From the NCBI GenBank assembly GCA_016217925.1, contig JACRFK010000005.1, forward strand, positions 1-42,169: 42,169 nt of DNA, in the 5' to 3' direction. The DNA comes from Candidatus Kaiserbacteria bacterium (GTDB lineage Bacteria; Patescibacteriota; Minisyncoccia; Phycocordibacterales; UBA2100). Of the stretch, positions 16,721 to 25,981 are shown in pieces. Numbering within the stretch: the stretch's first letter is position 1; the number at the start of each line of letters is the position of its first letter. A program made the translations under genes and the position numbers. A model generated the notes under the pieces. That model saw only the letters and a list, made by a program, of their open reading frames with translations, made no database searches and was not told the origin of the DNA.

Positions 16721-17282
16721 GAAAAAAGAGTTGATAACCATCGCAGGTTCGCTCGGATCGGGAAAATCTTCAACCGCGAAAGAAGTTGCGCGCGCTCTCG
16801 GCTATCGGCACTTTTCTTCAGGCGACCTTTTTCGTCAAATAGCGGCGCAGCGCGGAGAATCCGTCGAAGCGACGAATATCTCCGCGGAAGCAAAGCGGGA
16901 TATTGATTACCAAGTCGATGAATTGCTCCAGCAAATGGGGAAGACGGAAAATAAGCTCGTCATCGATTCGCGCATGGCATGGCACTGGATGCCGGGTTCT
17001 TTCAAAGTGTTTCTTAGCGTTGACCTCGATTCGGCTGCGCAGCGTATTTTCCAGGATGTGCTCACAAAAAGTCGTGTGAGCGAACACGCCGAATCGGTAG
17101 AAGATGTGCGGGCGAGCATCGAGCGAAGGTTCGCGAGCGAGCAAAAACGATACTTCTCTCTATACGGCGTGAATCCAACTGATCCGAAAAATTTTGATCT
17201 CGTCATTGATACCAAGGACAACAGCCTAAGCGGGGTCACTGATATCGTTCTGGAAAAATACAAGGAATGGCGTAATAGCTAG
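16719..17282 (+). CDS. cmk: cytidylate kinase (archaeal-like short type)
   Basis: ITIAGSLGSGKSS P-loop, SSGDLFRQ, VIDSR, KRY..LYG, FDLVIDT. Confidence 0.85.
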   Translation: MKKELITIAGSLGSGKSSTAKEVARALGYRHFSSGDLFRQIAAQRGESVEATNISAEAKRDIDYQVDELLQQMGKTENKLVIDSRMAWHWMPGSFKVFLSVDLDSAAQRIFQDVLTKSRVSEHAESVEDVRASIERRFASEQKRYFSLYGVNPTDPKNFDLVIDTKDNSLSGVTDIVLEKYKEWRNS

Positions 17283-17386
17283 ACAGGATAGAGTATAGTC
17301 GCTTCGCTCGTTTACCCGTCGCTCGCTCGGAAGTCCCAAAGCAAGCTTTGTGACTTCCCTCGCTCCGCTAGGGTATAATCATCGCT

Positions 17387-17986
17387 ATGAAACCACTCAC
17401 CGTCGCATTCTTCGGCATATCCGGCTCCGGCAAAGGGACGCAATGCGAGCTTCTAGAGAAGTACTTGCAGAAGAACGACCCTACACGTGCCGTCGTACGT
17501 CCCGAGATGGGCAACCTCTTGCGCGATTTTATGAAGACAGGCACGTCGCTTGCCAAGCGCACGGGCGCCATCCTTGCTGCGGGCGGTCTCGTGCCTTCTT
17601 TCATGCCCATTTATATGCTTACCGGTATGCTCAACACTTCTTTTGACGGCACGCAGCACCTCATACTCGACGGGACCTGTCGGAGGCCCGACCAGTCGCG
17701 CGCGGTCGACGACATGATGAAACTTTGGGAAAGAGAAAATTTGCAGGCGGTCGTCCTCACGCTCTCGCAAGCATCCGCAAAGAAAAGACTCATTGCTCGT
17801 GGCCGCTTCGACGACGCCAAAGACGAAGCGCTTGCGAGCCGGTTCGCATGGTACGAGGAGCATGTAGTGCCGTCCATTGAAGAACTTCGAAAACTTGGAT
17901 GGACCGTTCACGAGATCGAAGGTGAAGCCAATATTGATGAGGTGTTCGCAGAAATAGTTACGGCGCTCAAGATCCAAAATACTTAA
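17387..17986 (+). CDS. adk: adenylate kinase family nucleoside monophosphate kinase
   Basis: GISGSGKGTQ P-loop, GGLVP, ILDG..R, RGRFDD; position before map. Confidence 0.85.
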   Translation: MKPLTVAFFGISGSGKGTQCELLEKYLQKNDPTRAVVRPEMGNLLRDFMKTGTSLAKRTGAILAAGGLVPSFMPIYMLTGMLNTSFDGTQHLILDGTCRRPDQSRAVDDMMKLWERENLQAVVLTLSQASAKKRLIARGRFDDAKDEALASRFAWYEEHVVPSIEELRKLGWTVHEIEGEANIDEVFAEIVTALKIQNT

Positions 17987-17991
17987 TTAGC

Positions 17992-18762
17992 ATGATAGCA
18001 AAGACGAAAGCCGAAATAGACGCGCTCCGCGAAGGCGGCAGGCGCTTGGCGAGCCATGTGCGGATGCTGAGTCAGATGGTGAAGCCGGGGCTCGTGGCGC
18101 GTGAACTTGAGTACAAAGCGCGCGAAATGGTGAAAGCTGATGGCGACATACTCGCGTTCCACGGACACAAGGAGCGCAAGACCGACGTGCCGTATCCTTC
18201 GGGACTGTGCCTTTCCATCAACGACGTCATCGTGCACTCGCCCGCGAGTCAGAATAACGCCGTCATTCAAGAAGGGGATGTGGTGTGCCTCGACTTCGGT
18301 ATCAAACACAAGGGACTCTACACCGACCATGCGGCGACCGTCATCGCCGGTAAACCGACGAGCCCGCATGACGAAGAGTTAGTGCGCGGTACGTACGAGG
18401 CACTCGCGGCCGGTATCAAGGAGGCGCGGGTCGGCAACACGACCGGCGACATCGGCTACGCGGTGCAGCGTGTCGCAGAAAACTACGGATTCGGTTACCC
18501 GAAAAATCTCTCAGGTCATGGTGTGGGACTCAAGGTACACGAAGAGCCTCATGTGCCGAATTTCGGGACGCCGGGCAAAGGCGTGAAGCTCGTCGAGGGG
18601 CACGTGATAGCGATAGAGCCGATGATGACGCTCGGAAGCGGCGAGCTTTTCATCGATGACGACGGCTACTCCTACCGCACAAAAGACGGTTCACGTACCG
18701 CGCACGCCGAGCACACTGTTTTGATAACAAAAGACGGACCTGAGATTCTCACGAAAGAATAA
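17992..18762 (+). CDS. map: methionine aminopeptidase type I
   Basis: SINDVIVH, DFG, GHGVG..VHEEP, AIEPM, AHAEHT. Confidence 0.97.
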   Translation: MIAKTKAEIDALREGGRRLASHVRMLSQMVKPGLVARELEYKAREMVKADGDILAFHGHKERKTDVPYPSGLCLSINDVIVHSPASQNNAVIQEGDVVCLDFGIKHKGLYTDHAATVIAGKPTSPHDEELVRGTYEALAAGIKEARVGNTTGDIGYAVQRVAENYGFGYPKNLSGHGVGLKVHEEPHVPNFGTPGKGVKLVEGHVIAIEPMMTLGSGELFIDDDGYSYRTKDGSRTAHAEHTVLITKDGPEILTKE

Positions 18763-18776
18763 GTTACAATCACGGC

Positions 18777-19310
18777 ATGAACATCTGCATCTTTTGCTCC
18801 GCGAGTGATGTAGACAAGAAATACACAGACACGGCGCGGGAGCTTGCGATCCTCATCGCCCGCGGTCAGCACACGCTCGTGTGGGGAGGTTCGAATAAAG
18901 GAACGATGAGGGTCATCGCAGACGCGGCACAAGGCGCTGGCGGGAAAATCGTCGGCATAACCATGGAACTATTGAAGGTAAACGCACGCTCCAATGCCGA
19001 TGAGATGCACGTAATGAAAAACTTGCCGGAGCGGAAAGCGAAATTGCTCGAACGCTCGGACGCGATAATAGTGTTACCGGGTGGTCTGGGGACAATCGAT
19101 GAAATTACTGAAGTTCTCGAATTGAAAAAACATAAGGTACATAACAAAGCAATCGTTTTTCTCAACACGGCGGATTTTTATGCCGGCTTCAAGATGCAAC
19201 TTGAACGCATGGATGCGGAGGGCTTTCTACCGCGCCCATTATCCGAGCTTCTTTTCTTTTCGGATACACCCGAGGACGCAATGCGGTATATTACTGAGTA
19301 TGGCAATTGA
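18777..19310 (+). CDS. LOG family (TIGR00730-like) nucleotide phosphoribohydrolase
   Basis: LVWGG, ERK, PGGLGTIDE motif. Confidence 0.92.
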   Translation: MNICIFCSASDVDKKYTDTARELAILIARGQHTLVWGGSNKGTMRVIADAAQGAGGKIVGITMELLKVNARSNADEMHVMKNLPERKAKLLERSDAIIVLPGGLGTIDEITEVLELKKHKVHNKAIVFLNTADFYAGFKMQLERMDAEGFLPRPLSELLFFSDTPEDAMRYITEYGN

Positions 19311-20580
19311 CGTTCTCATCGTTGGTAGCGGGGCGAGGGAACACGCGCTTGCATGGAAAATCGCACAGTCGCCGCGCGTGGGCAAGCTCTACGTGGCTCC
19401 GGGCAATGGCGGGACGGCCGCACTTGCAGAAAATGTGCCCATCGGCGTCATGGAGTTCGAAAAATTGGCGGCTTTCGCCAAAGAAAAGAAAATAGGCCTC
19501 ACGATTCCCGGGCCCGACGACGCGTTCGTCGGCGGCATCGTCGATGTGTTCAAAGCACACAAGTTGCGTGTGTGGGGTCCCACCAAGGAAGCCGCGCAGA
19601 TCGAAGGCTCAAAGGCATTCTCCAAGCAGTTGATGGATGAATCGAAGATACCCACCGCAAAATTCGCCGTATTCACGGCGGCCGCGCCGGCGCTCGCATA
19701 CGTACGTGCGCGCGGTGTCCCCATCGTGATAAAGGCGAGCGGGCTCGCACTGGGAAAGGGGGTATATGTATGTACGACACTTGAGGAAGCGGAGAAGGCT
19801 ATCAACGAGATCATGATAGAGCGCGTACATAAAGATGCCGGAAGTGAGGTCGTCGTCGAAGAGTTTCTTGATGGACCTGAACTCTCTATTCATGCGCTTA
19901 CCGACGGGAGCGCATACGTACTTTTTCCACCGTCGCAAGATCACAAAGCCGCCCTCGACGGGGATGAGGGGAAGAATACCGGCGGCATGGGCACCATCGC
20001 TCCCGTGCCGTGGGCAAAGCCGGAAATAATGGCAAGCATCGACGTCAAAGTCGTTGTACCGACATTCGAAGCGCTGAAAAAACGGGGCGTCCTGTTCCAG
20101 GGCCTCTTGTTTCCCGGCCTTAAATTGACGCTCGATGGTCCCAAGGTGCTCGAATACAACGCCCGTTTCGGCGATCCAGAATGCCAAGTGTATATGCGTT
20201 TGCTCAAGACCGATGTCCTAGACCTTTTTGAGGCTTCCATTGATTGCACTCTGGATGCGGTGCGCCACTCAGTCGAGTGGAATCGTGGATTTGCGGCAAA
20301 CATCGTCATCGCTTCCGGCGGCTATCCCGAAGAGTACAAGACAGGATTTCCCATTACGGGAATCGACGAAGCGCGGAACGTCGAAGGGGTTATCGTATTC
20401 CACGCTGGCACAAGACTAGAAAATGACCAACTCATGACCGCGGGTGGCCGCGTACTCAGCGTCTCCGCAGTCGGCGGCTCGCTCAAAGATGCGCTCGACC
20501 GCGCCTATGAGGCCGTCGGCAAAATCCATTTCGAGGGCCTGCACTTCCGCCGCGACATCGGTCAAAAAAGCCTTGGCTAA
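19300..20580 (+). CDS. purD: phosphoribosylamine--glycine ligase
   Basis: GSGAREHALAW, EGSKAFSK, KASGLALGKGV, QDHK, NTGGMG, EYNARFGDPE, GGRVL. Confidence 0.97.
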   Translation: MAIDVLIVGSGAREHALAWKIAQSPRVGKLYVAPGNGGTAALAENVPIGVMEFEKLAAFAKEKKIGLTIPGPDDAFVGGIVDVFKAHKLRVWGPTKEAAQIEGSKAFSKQLMDESKIPTAKFAVFTAAAPALAYVRARGVPIVIKASGLALGKGVYVCTTLEEAEKAINEIMIERVHKDAGSEVVVEEFLDGPELSIHALTDGSAYVLFPPSQDHKAALDGDEGKNTGGMGTIAPVPWAKPEIMASIDVKVVVPTFEALKKRGVLFQGLLFPGLKLTLDGPKVLEYNARFGDPECQVYMRLLKTDVLDLFEASIDCTLDAVRHSVEWNRGFAANIVIASGGYPEEYKTGFPITGIDEARNVEGVIVFHAGTRLENDQLMTAGGRVLSVSAVGGSLKDALDRAYEAVGKIHFEGLHFRRDIGQKSLG

Positions 20581-20598
20581 TCATAGTACAAGTTTCTT

Positions 20599-21621
20599 AT
20601 GGTTGAGAGGATAAATCCAAAGAGGACTCAGGACCGTGGTGGCAAAACGTCACAAGAGGTTCAGTCGAGACAAAGATCTGAGGCACCGGCGTATATTAGG
20701 AATGGTTGGAATACTGATTCTTTTGAAGTCAAGGGAAAGAAGATCGATTTCCAGGGTGTCATACACGATCCTATGACACTCAACTATTACGGGGCAGAGT
20801 TGGAGAGAATGATAGGAAAGGCCTCAATTGTACTCTTGGAAGCTGCTCCCACATCATCGAGACTTTTTTCGGATGATTCTATAGCCGCGTACCGTGAATG
20901 GATGAAATCCCACGGGGGTGGCGACCAACTTCTTTCCGAGGATATACGCAATCAGCCGGGGGTCATATTTTTCAAGGTCGTTGAGGAGATGGCCCTTCGG
21001 GCGAATGTGCCCGTTGCGTGTGCCGACCCCGTATCCCATGATTTAGTCGAAAATGCGACACTGGAGGCTCTCGGGGAGAAAATACCGGATATTAAACTTT
21101 TTGGACTTGCAGGAGCAGGTGCAGCACTTCTTCTATCCGGCCTGGGGGAACTTTCTTCAAGCGAGTCAACCGGTTCTAGAATTACCCGGCGCGGGTTTCT
21201 TGGGGGGACGGTGGCCGCAGGGATTGCAGGCGCAGCCTCTCTCAAAGCTGATCAATTTGATCGCCACCCAACTCTTGGGTCTGGTCTCGCGTCTCCTGGA
21301 GGCCGTGTCGCAAACCCGCTCGGGGCAGCCTTATATAACCAGACAGACTACAGAGATGTCGTGACCGCGGCGGCCTTGCAGCGGCTTGCAGAAAGATTCT
21401 CGTCCAAACAAGGAAATATCGTTGTCATATATGGCAATAGGCACCGATTACCGATACGGCATTACAGCGAGCATCCTCAGGAGCGTGATATCAAATTTCA
21501 ACTCTATCGTCCCCTCTGGCTTGCCGCAAAACCGGAGCTGACCATATCCGAGCCGCATACCGAAGGAAAAGGGAGAGGGAGCAGATCTTCTTGGAAGCAA
21601 GTCTCACGCGAACATTTGTAG
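20599..21621 (+). CDS. hypothetical protein
   Basis: 340-aa ORF filling the gap; internal hydrophobic segment and TRRGFLG motif. Confidence 0.7.
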   Translation: MVERINPKRTQDRGGKTSQEVQSRQRSEAPAYIRNGWNTDSFEVKGKKIDFQGVIHDPMTLNYYGAELERMIGKASIVLLEAAPTSSRLFSDDSIAAYREWMKSHGGGDQLLSEDIRNQPGVIFFKVVEEMALRANVPVACADPVSHDLVENATLEALGEKIPDIKLFGLAGAGAALLLSGLGELSSSESTGSRITRRGFLGGTVAAGIAGAASLKADQFDRHPTLGSGLASPGGRVANPLGAALYNQTDYRDVVTAAALQRLAERFSSKQGNIVVIYGNRHRLPIRHYSEHPQERDIKFQLYRPLWLAAKPELTISEPHTEGKGRGSRSSWKQVSREHL

Positions 21622-21673
21622 TTTTGTTGATATCGGAGCGAGAGAATGTGTTTGTGAGGTGTATACTTTCTGC

Positions 21674-24526
21674 ATGCCTCCCACGCTGGAGAAGTTGCGC
21701 GTTGCAACGCCGGAAAAATTCAGATCACCTGAAGAAGAGTTGGCCTATTTGCGCGAGCGGGTGCGCGAGAAGGAGGCCGAGATGGAAACGCCCGACAATC
21801 GTTTCGAAAAAGACCGCATCGCCCGTCGCGAAGTCGCGGCCTACGCAGAGCTCACTCCGACGACCATTCTTCACGAGACGGTCGTTATGGCCGAGCCAGA
21901 AATCCTTAAAAATGTCCTCAAGCTCGAACCGGAAACGCATGACAAGCAGGTGGATGAAATATTGCGCATTGTCCAACAGAACGGTATCCGGAACGCACTC
22001 TCGGTCGCCGCGCGGATGAAGAACCCGCATCTCGAAGACGATATCCATCGTGCCCTGGTGCGCTACATCGCCGAGGGCCTGCCCGATAAAGGCATGGGAG
22101 TGCCCGAGAAGGTCCGGCGTGCTCTCAACATGGTGCTTTTTGAGATACAGCCACAGGCACATGGCGAAGACATGACGCGCAGTCGCGATCAGTACAGGCT
22201 TGAGCAGATGCTCTCGTCCACAGAGCAACTCTACGCGGGACTCACCTCGCTTATTGATTCGCACGAGGGATTCTCGCTCGAGATCGCCGTGCAAGAGGGG
22301 ACAGAAGAAGCACTTTTGTATCTCGGAGTCCCGCGCGCCAAAAAGGTACTTGCTGAGCGTCTCGTCTCATCCGTCTTCCCGAACGCACACATGTCGGAGT
22401 CGCGCGGGGATTACAACATTTTCAATTACGAGGGGCAGCATGCCGCCGCCTATGCGACCCTCGCCGATCATCCCTCCTTACCACTCAAGACCCCAGAGCT
22501 CTTCGATCACGATCCGATGAACGTGCTTCTGGCGGCATTCGCGAAGATCGCGAAGCACGGTGAAGGTGCTGCGCTCCAGATAACGGTCTCGACCGAAGGC
22601 GACCGCTACAATCACCACTACAAAAAAATAATCCGTCAGCTCGAGAAGGGAAAACATTTCCGCAAGGCCATCAAGGTGCCGGAGAGTGAGCTCGGCGAGG
22701 CGGTCTACACGATGGCCAAGAAAATTTTCATGGCAAAAGAATATGAAATGGAAGTCGAGAAACAGTTCCGGCGCTCCAGCGACCAGGTGATGACCGAAGA
22801 GTTGACCAAGAAGATAAAAAGCCGCATCGCGCCCGTCTCCATTCGCCTCGTCACCTCTGCGGCGACGAAAGTGCGCGCGGAAGAACTTCTCGAGAATCTC
22901 GAAACCCCATTCAACCAATACGACGACCCGAAAGGCAATCATCTCATCTTTAAACGCGTCGGGAGTTGGAGCCTCGCGGATTTCATCCGCAGCTTTACGT
23001 ACCGCGAGTTCGACTATTCGATTTCTATCCCGCTTTCCCTCGCCGAGGTCACTTCAATATTCCACTTCACCGCCGAGCGACTCACGACATCGCGCGAGTT
23101 GAAGCGCAGTTTTGCCAAACAGGCACCCGCTCCGGTCGCGACGCCAAGCGACGGTATCATCGTCGGCGTCAACAAGTACGGGGCCGACGAGACCCCCGTC
23201 CGGTTCGGCACCAGTGATCGTCTGCGCCACGCGTATGTCATCGGACAGACCGGTACGGGGAAGACGGGGCTTATCAAGAATATGATCATTCAAGACATCA
23301 AGAACGGAGAAGGAGTGGCTTTCATCGATCCGCACGGCAACGACATCGAAGACGTGCTCGCCTGCATTCCGCCGGAGCGCATGAAGGACGTGATTTACTT
23401 TGACCCCGCATACACCGCACGGCCGATGGGACTCAACATGCTCGAATACGACCGCACGAAGCCCGAGATGAAGACCTTCGTCGTGGACGAAGTGTACGGC
23501 ATCTTCCGCAAGCTCTATGCGGACGTGCCGGAGGCATTCGGTCCGATGTTCGAGCAGTACTACCGCAATGCCGTGCAGCTTGTCGTTGAAGACCCCGATA
23601 CGGGCTCGACGTTCGTGGAGATTCCGCGGGTATTTGCCGATACCGCATTCCGCAATCTCAAGCTCTCGCATTGCAAGAATCCCATCATCGTGCAGTTCTG
23701 GCGAAAAATTGCCGAGCAAGCGCAAGGCGATCCGTCGCTGGAGAACGTCGCGCCGTACATCACGAGCAAATTCGACGTCTTTCTCACCAACGACATCATG
23801 CGCCCTATCGTTAGCCAGGAAAAATCCGCCTTCAATTTCCGCGAAATCATGGACAAGAAAAAAATATTCCTCGCGAATCTTTCCAAAGGCCGCTTGGGTG
23901 ATAGAAATACCTCGCTTCTCGGCCTCATCCTCGTATCCAAATTCTTGCAGGCCGCATTCTCGCGCGTGGATACCCGCGGCGACACGCTTCCTGTCTTTTA
24001 CCTCTACATCGACGAATTCCAAAACTTCGCGACGCCCTCTATCGCGACCATTCTCTCGGAGGCACGTAAATACAAACTTTCACTCACGATTGCTCACCAG
24101 TTCATCGCGCAGCTCGAAGAAGATATCCGCGATGCGGTCATCGGCAACGTGGGCACGAAGGCCTCGTTCCGCATCGGCACACAAGACGCCGAATTCTTGG
24201 AGAAACAATTCACGCCGATTTTCACACAGCAAGACCTCGAAAACCTTCCCAACAGAACCGCAGTGCTTTCATTGCTAGTGAACGGCGTCCCGGCGCGGCC
24301 GTTCACCGTTCAGACGCAAAATCTCCCGACGATGGATTACGGCCCCGTAGATGCTCTCAAGGAGCTTTCGTACAAGACCTACGGCAAGGACAGGCAAGAG
24401 GTAGAAGACGACATCAACCGCAAATTTGATGCCGCCTACGGCCGCAAGCCTGCAATCGAACCAAACCCGTTCGCCCCGCCGGAGGCGGGGCTCGACCTCC
24501 CGAACCCCGCATCGTTGTATCAATAA
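21674..24526 (+). CDS. VirB4/TraG-VirD4-like (HerA/FtsK superfamily) P-loop ATPase
   Basis: RLRHAYVIGQTGTGKT Walker A, FIDPHG, LYIDEFQNF Walker B, LSEARKY. Confidence 0.9.
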   Translation: MPPTLEKLRVATPEKFRSPEEELAYLRERVREKEAEMETPDNRFEKDRIARREVAAYAELTPTTILHETVVMAEPEILKNVLKLEPETHDKQVDEILRIVQQNGIRNALSVAARMKNPHLEDDIHRALVRYIAEGLPDKGMGVPEKVRRALNMVLFEIQPQAHGEDMTRSRDQYRLEQMLSSTEQLYAGLTSLIDSHEGFSLEIAVQEGTEEALLYLGVPRAKKVLAERLVSSVFPNAHMSESRGDYNIFNYEGQHAAAYATLADHPSLPLKTPELFDHDPMNVLLAAFAKIAKHGEGAALQITVSTEGDRYNHHYKKIIRQLEKGKHFRKAIKVPESELGEAVYTMAKKIFMAKEYEMEVEKQFRRSSDQVMTEELTKKIKSRIAPVSIRLVTSAATKVRAEELLENLETPFNQYDDPKGNHLIFKRVGSWSLADFIRSFTYREFDYSISIPLSLAEVTSIFHFTAERLTTSRELKRSFAKQAPAPVATPSDGIIVGVNKYGADETPVRFGTSDRLRHAYVIGQTGTGKTGLIKNMIIQDIKNGEGVAFIDPHGNDIEDVLACIPPERMKDVIYFDPAYTARPMGLNMLEYDRTKPEMKTFVVDEVYGIFRKLYADVPEAFGPMFEQYYRNAVQLVVEDPDTGSTFVEIPRVFADTAFRNLKLSHCKNPIIVQFWRKIAEQAQGDPSLENVAPYITSKFDVFLTNDIMRPIVSQEKSAFNFREIMDKKKIFLANLSKGRLGDRNTSLLGLILVSKFLQAAFSRVDTRGDTLPVFYLYIDEFQNFATPSIATILSEARKYKLSLTIAHQFIAQLEEDIRDAVIGNVGTKASFRIGTQDAEFLEKQFTPIFTQQDLENLPNRTAVLSLLVNGVPARPFTVQTQNLPTMDYGPVDALKELSYKTYGKDRQEVEDDINRKFDAAYGRKPAIEPNPFAPPEAGLDLPNPASLYQ

Positions 24527-24544
24527 CCATGCTATCATCTGGGC

Positions 24545-24781
24545 ATGAATTCATTGAAGAATCTAGTATCAGTCGTAGACGCGATAGTTATTTTATGGTT
24601 CATCTGGCTCTTGATAGACGACCCTAGCGAGGCACTTATTTTAGGTGGTCTAATACTTCTTTTTGGTTTGCACATATATCTTCTTTCTTTTTCAAATAAC
24701 GAGAGCGACTGGTTCGGTCTCTTTCTTAAAAGAAAGGCGCTTGAGGAAAAGAAACGGATAGCAGCTTTGGAGACCAAATAG
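24545..24781 (+). CDS. small membrane protein
   Basis: Two hydrophobic helices and a basic tail; -10 box 6 nt upstream. Confidence 0.6.
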   Translation: MNSLKNLVSVVDAIVILWFIWLLIDDPSEALILGGLILLFGLHIYLLSFSNNESDWFGLFLKRKALEEKKRIAALETK

Positions 24782-24903
24782 ATTGACTCTGCAGAGCCAA
24801 ACCACAACCGCTCAAATCCGGACTCCTATAAAACTCCGGAGGTTTAACCTCCCAACTTCTCAGGCTATAGCGTGGCTTTTCCGCAGATGGTATGATTGTC
24901 CGC

Positions 24904-25155
24904 ATGGCAAAAAAGACCAGTAAGAAAGGCGTGACCACCGAGAAGATTCTCGAAGTCGTACTCGATATGAACGAACGGATGGCAACCAAAGATGATCTTG
25001 AAAAAGTGAAGAACCAACTTAACTTGAGAATAGAGGAAGTTCTTGAGGAGATGGAACCGATACGCAAGGCGGTTGATAAAGATGCCGAAATGGTCGTGAA
25101 CCACGGAAAGCGCATTACTGTTCTCGAGCGGAGGATGGGAGTAGCAACAAAATAA
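24904..25155 (+). CDS. hypothetical coiled-coil protein
   Basis: MATKDDL...RITVLE pattern; TAATATG junction with ndk. Confidence 0.7.
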   Translation: MAKKTSKKGVTTEKILEVVLDMNERMATKDDLEKVKNQLNLRIEEVLEEMEPIRKAVDKDAEMVVNHGKRITVLERRMGVATK

Positions 25156-25156
25156 T

Positions 25157-25759
25157 ATGGAACATCCAAAAGAAGAACGCACCTTTGTCATCGTGAAGCC
25201 CGATGGGGTACAGCGCGGGCTTGTCGGCGAGATAATCAAACGCTATGAACGCACGGGCCTCAAGCTTGTGGGGATGCGTTTCGGCGTTGCCGACGAGAAG
25301 AAATTTTGGGAACACTACAACAAAGACGACGCTTGGTTTCTGCAGAAAGGAACAAAAATCCTCGAGGACAAGAAAAAGAACGGGCTGCCGGCGGACAAAG
25401 AGCCGATGGAATACGGCAAAGACATCATCCGCCAACTCGTGAAATTCATGACCTGCGGGCCCGTCCTCATGATGGTCTGGGAAGGGAATCAGGCGGCCGC
25501 AGTCGTGAAGAAAATTACGGGAGGCACTGAGCCCTCGACGTCGGATGTTGGTACCATCCGCGGCGACCTCACGGTGGATTCGTACAATATCGCAGCGGTG
25601 GATGACCGTGCGGTGCGCAATCTTATCCACTGCTCCGAATCGGCTGATGAAGCGAAGCGCGAGATTGCCATATGGTTTACCGACGCCGAAATGACCGAAT
25701 ACCGCCTTGTCGGCGAGCAGATACTCTATGACGTCAACCTTGACGGTATTTTGGAATAG
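25157..25759 (+). CDS. ndk: nucleoside diphosphate kinase
   Basis: ERTFVIVKPDGVQRGLVGEII, GTIRGD, NLIHCS. Confidence 0.97.
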   Translation: MEHPKEERTFVIVKPDGVQRGLVGEIIKRYERTGLKLVGMRFGVADEKKFWEHYNKDDAWFLQKGTKILEDKKKNGLPADKEPMEYGKDIIRQLVKFMTCGPVLMMVWEGNQAAAVVKKITGGTEPSTSDVGTIRGDLTVDSYNIAAVDDRAVRNLIHCSESADEAKREIAIWFTDAEMTEYRLVGEQILYDVNLDGILE

Positions 25760-25815
25760 TGCGTGAACGTGTTTCTTCACTTGCGCTTTTTACGCTGGTG
25801 GTATACTTATACGTA

Positions 25816-25933
25816 GCGGTTAGGTACGAAAACCTGCTGGTGCGAATAAGGGTAACCCAAATTGCTCTGCGCCTTGGTGTAGACGCTGAGGGCTCCCACC
25901 TGGCTCCAATACCAGGCTCACCGTACTTGCCGC
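25816..25933 (+). ncRNA. ssrS: 6S RNA candidate (compact)
   Basis: Extended -10 TGGTATACT upstream; 5' GCGGTTAGGTACG pairs with 3' CGTACTTGCCGC; central bubble, apical stem, GGCTCCCACCTG motif resembling Firmicutes 6S GGCACCCACCTG; terminator follows. Confidence 0.6.
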
Positions 25934-25940
25934 CCCCCTG

Positions 25941-25962
25941 AACCCCGCCTATGGCGGGGTTT
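25941..25962 (+). terminator. intrinsic terminator after the ncRNA
   Basis: AACCCCGCC-TAT-GGCGGGGTTT. Confidence 0.65.
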
Positions 25963-25981
25963 GGAGTGCTAGAATCCTCCG

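Noticed and set aside
25759-25941. 60-aa ORF after ndk
   Set aside because: Overlaps a promoter, a structured RNA and a terminator; the ncRNA interpretation is better supported
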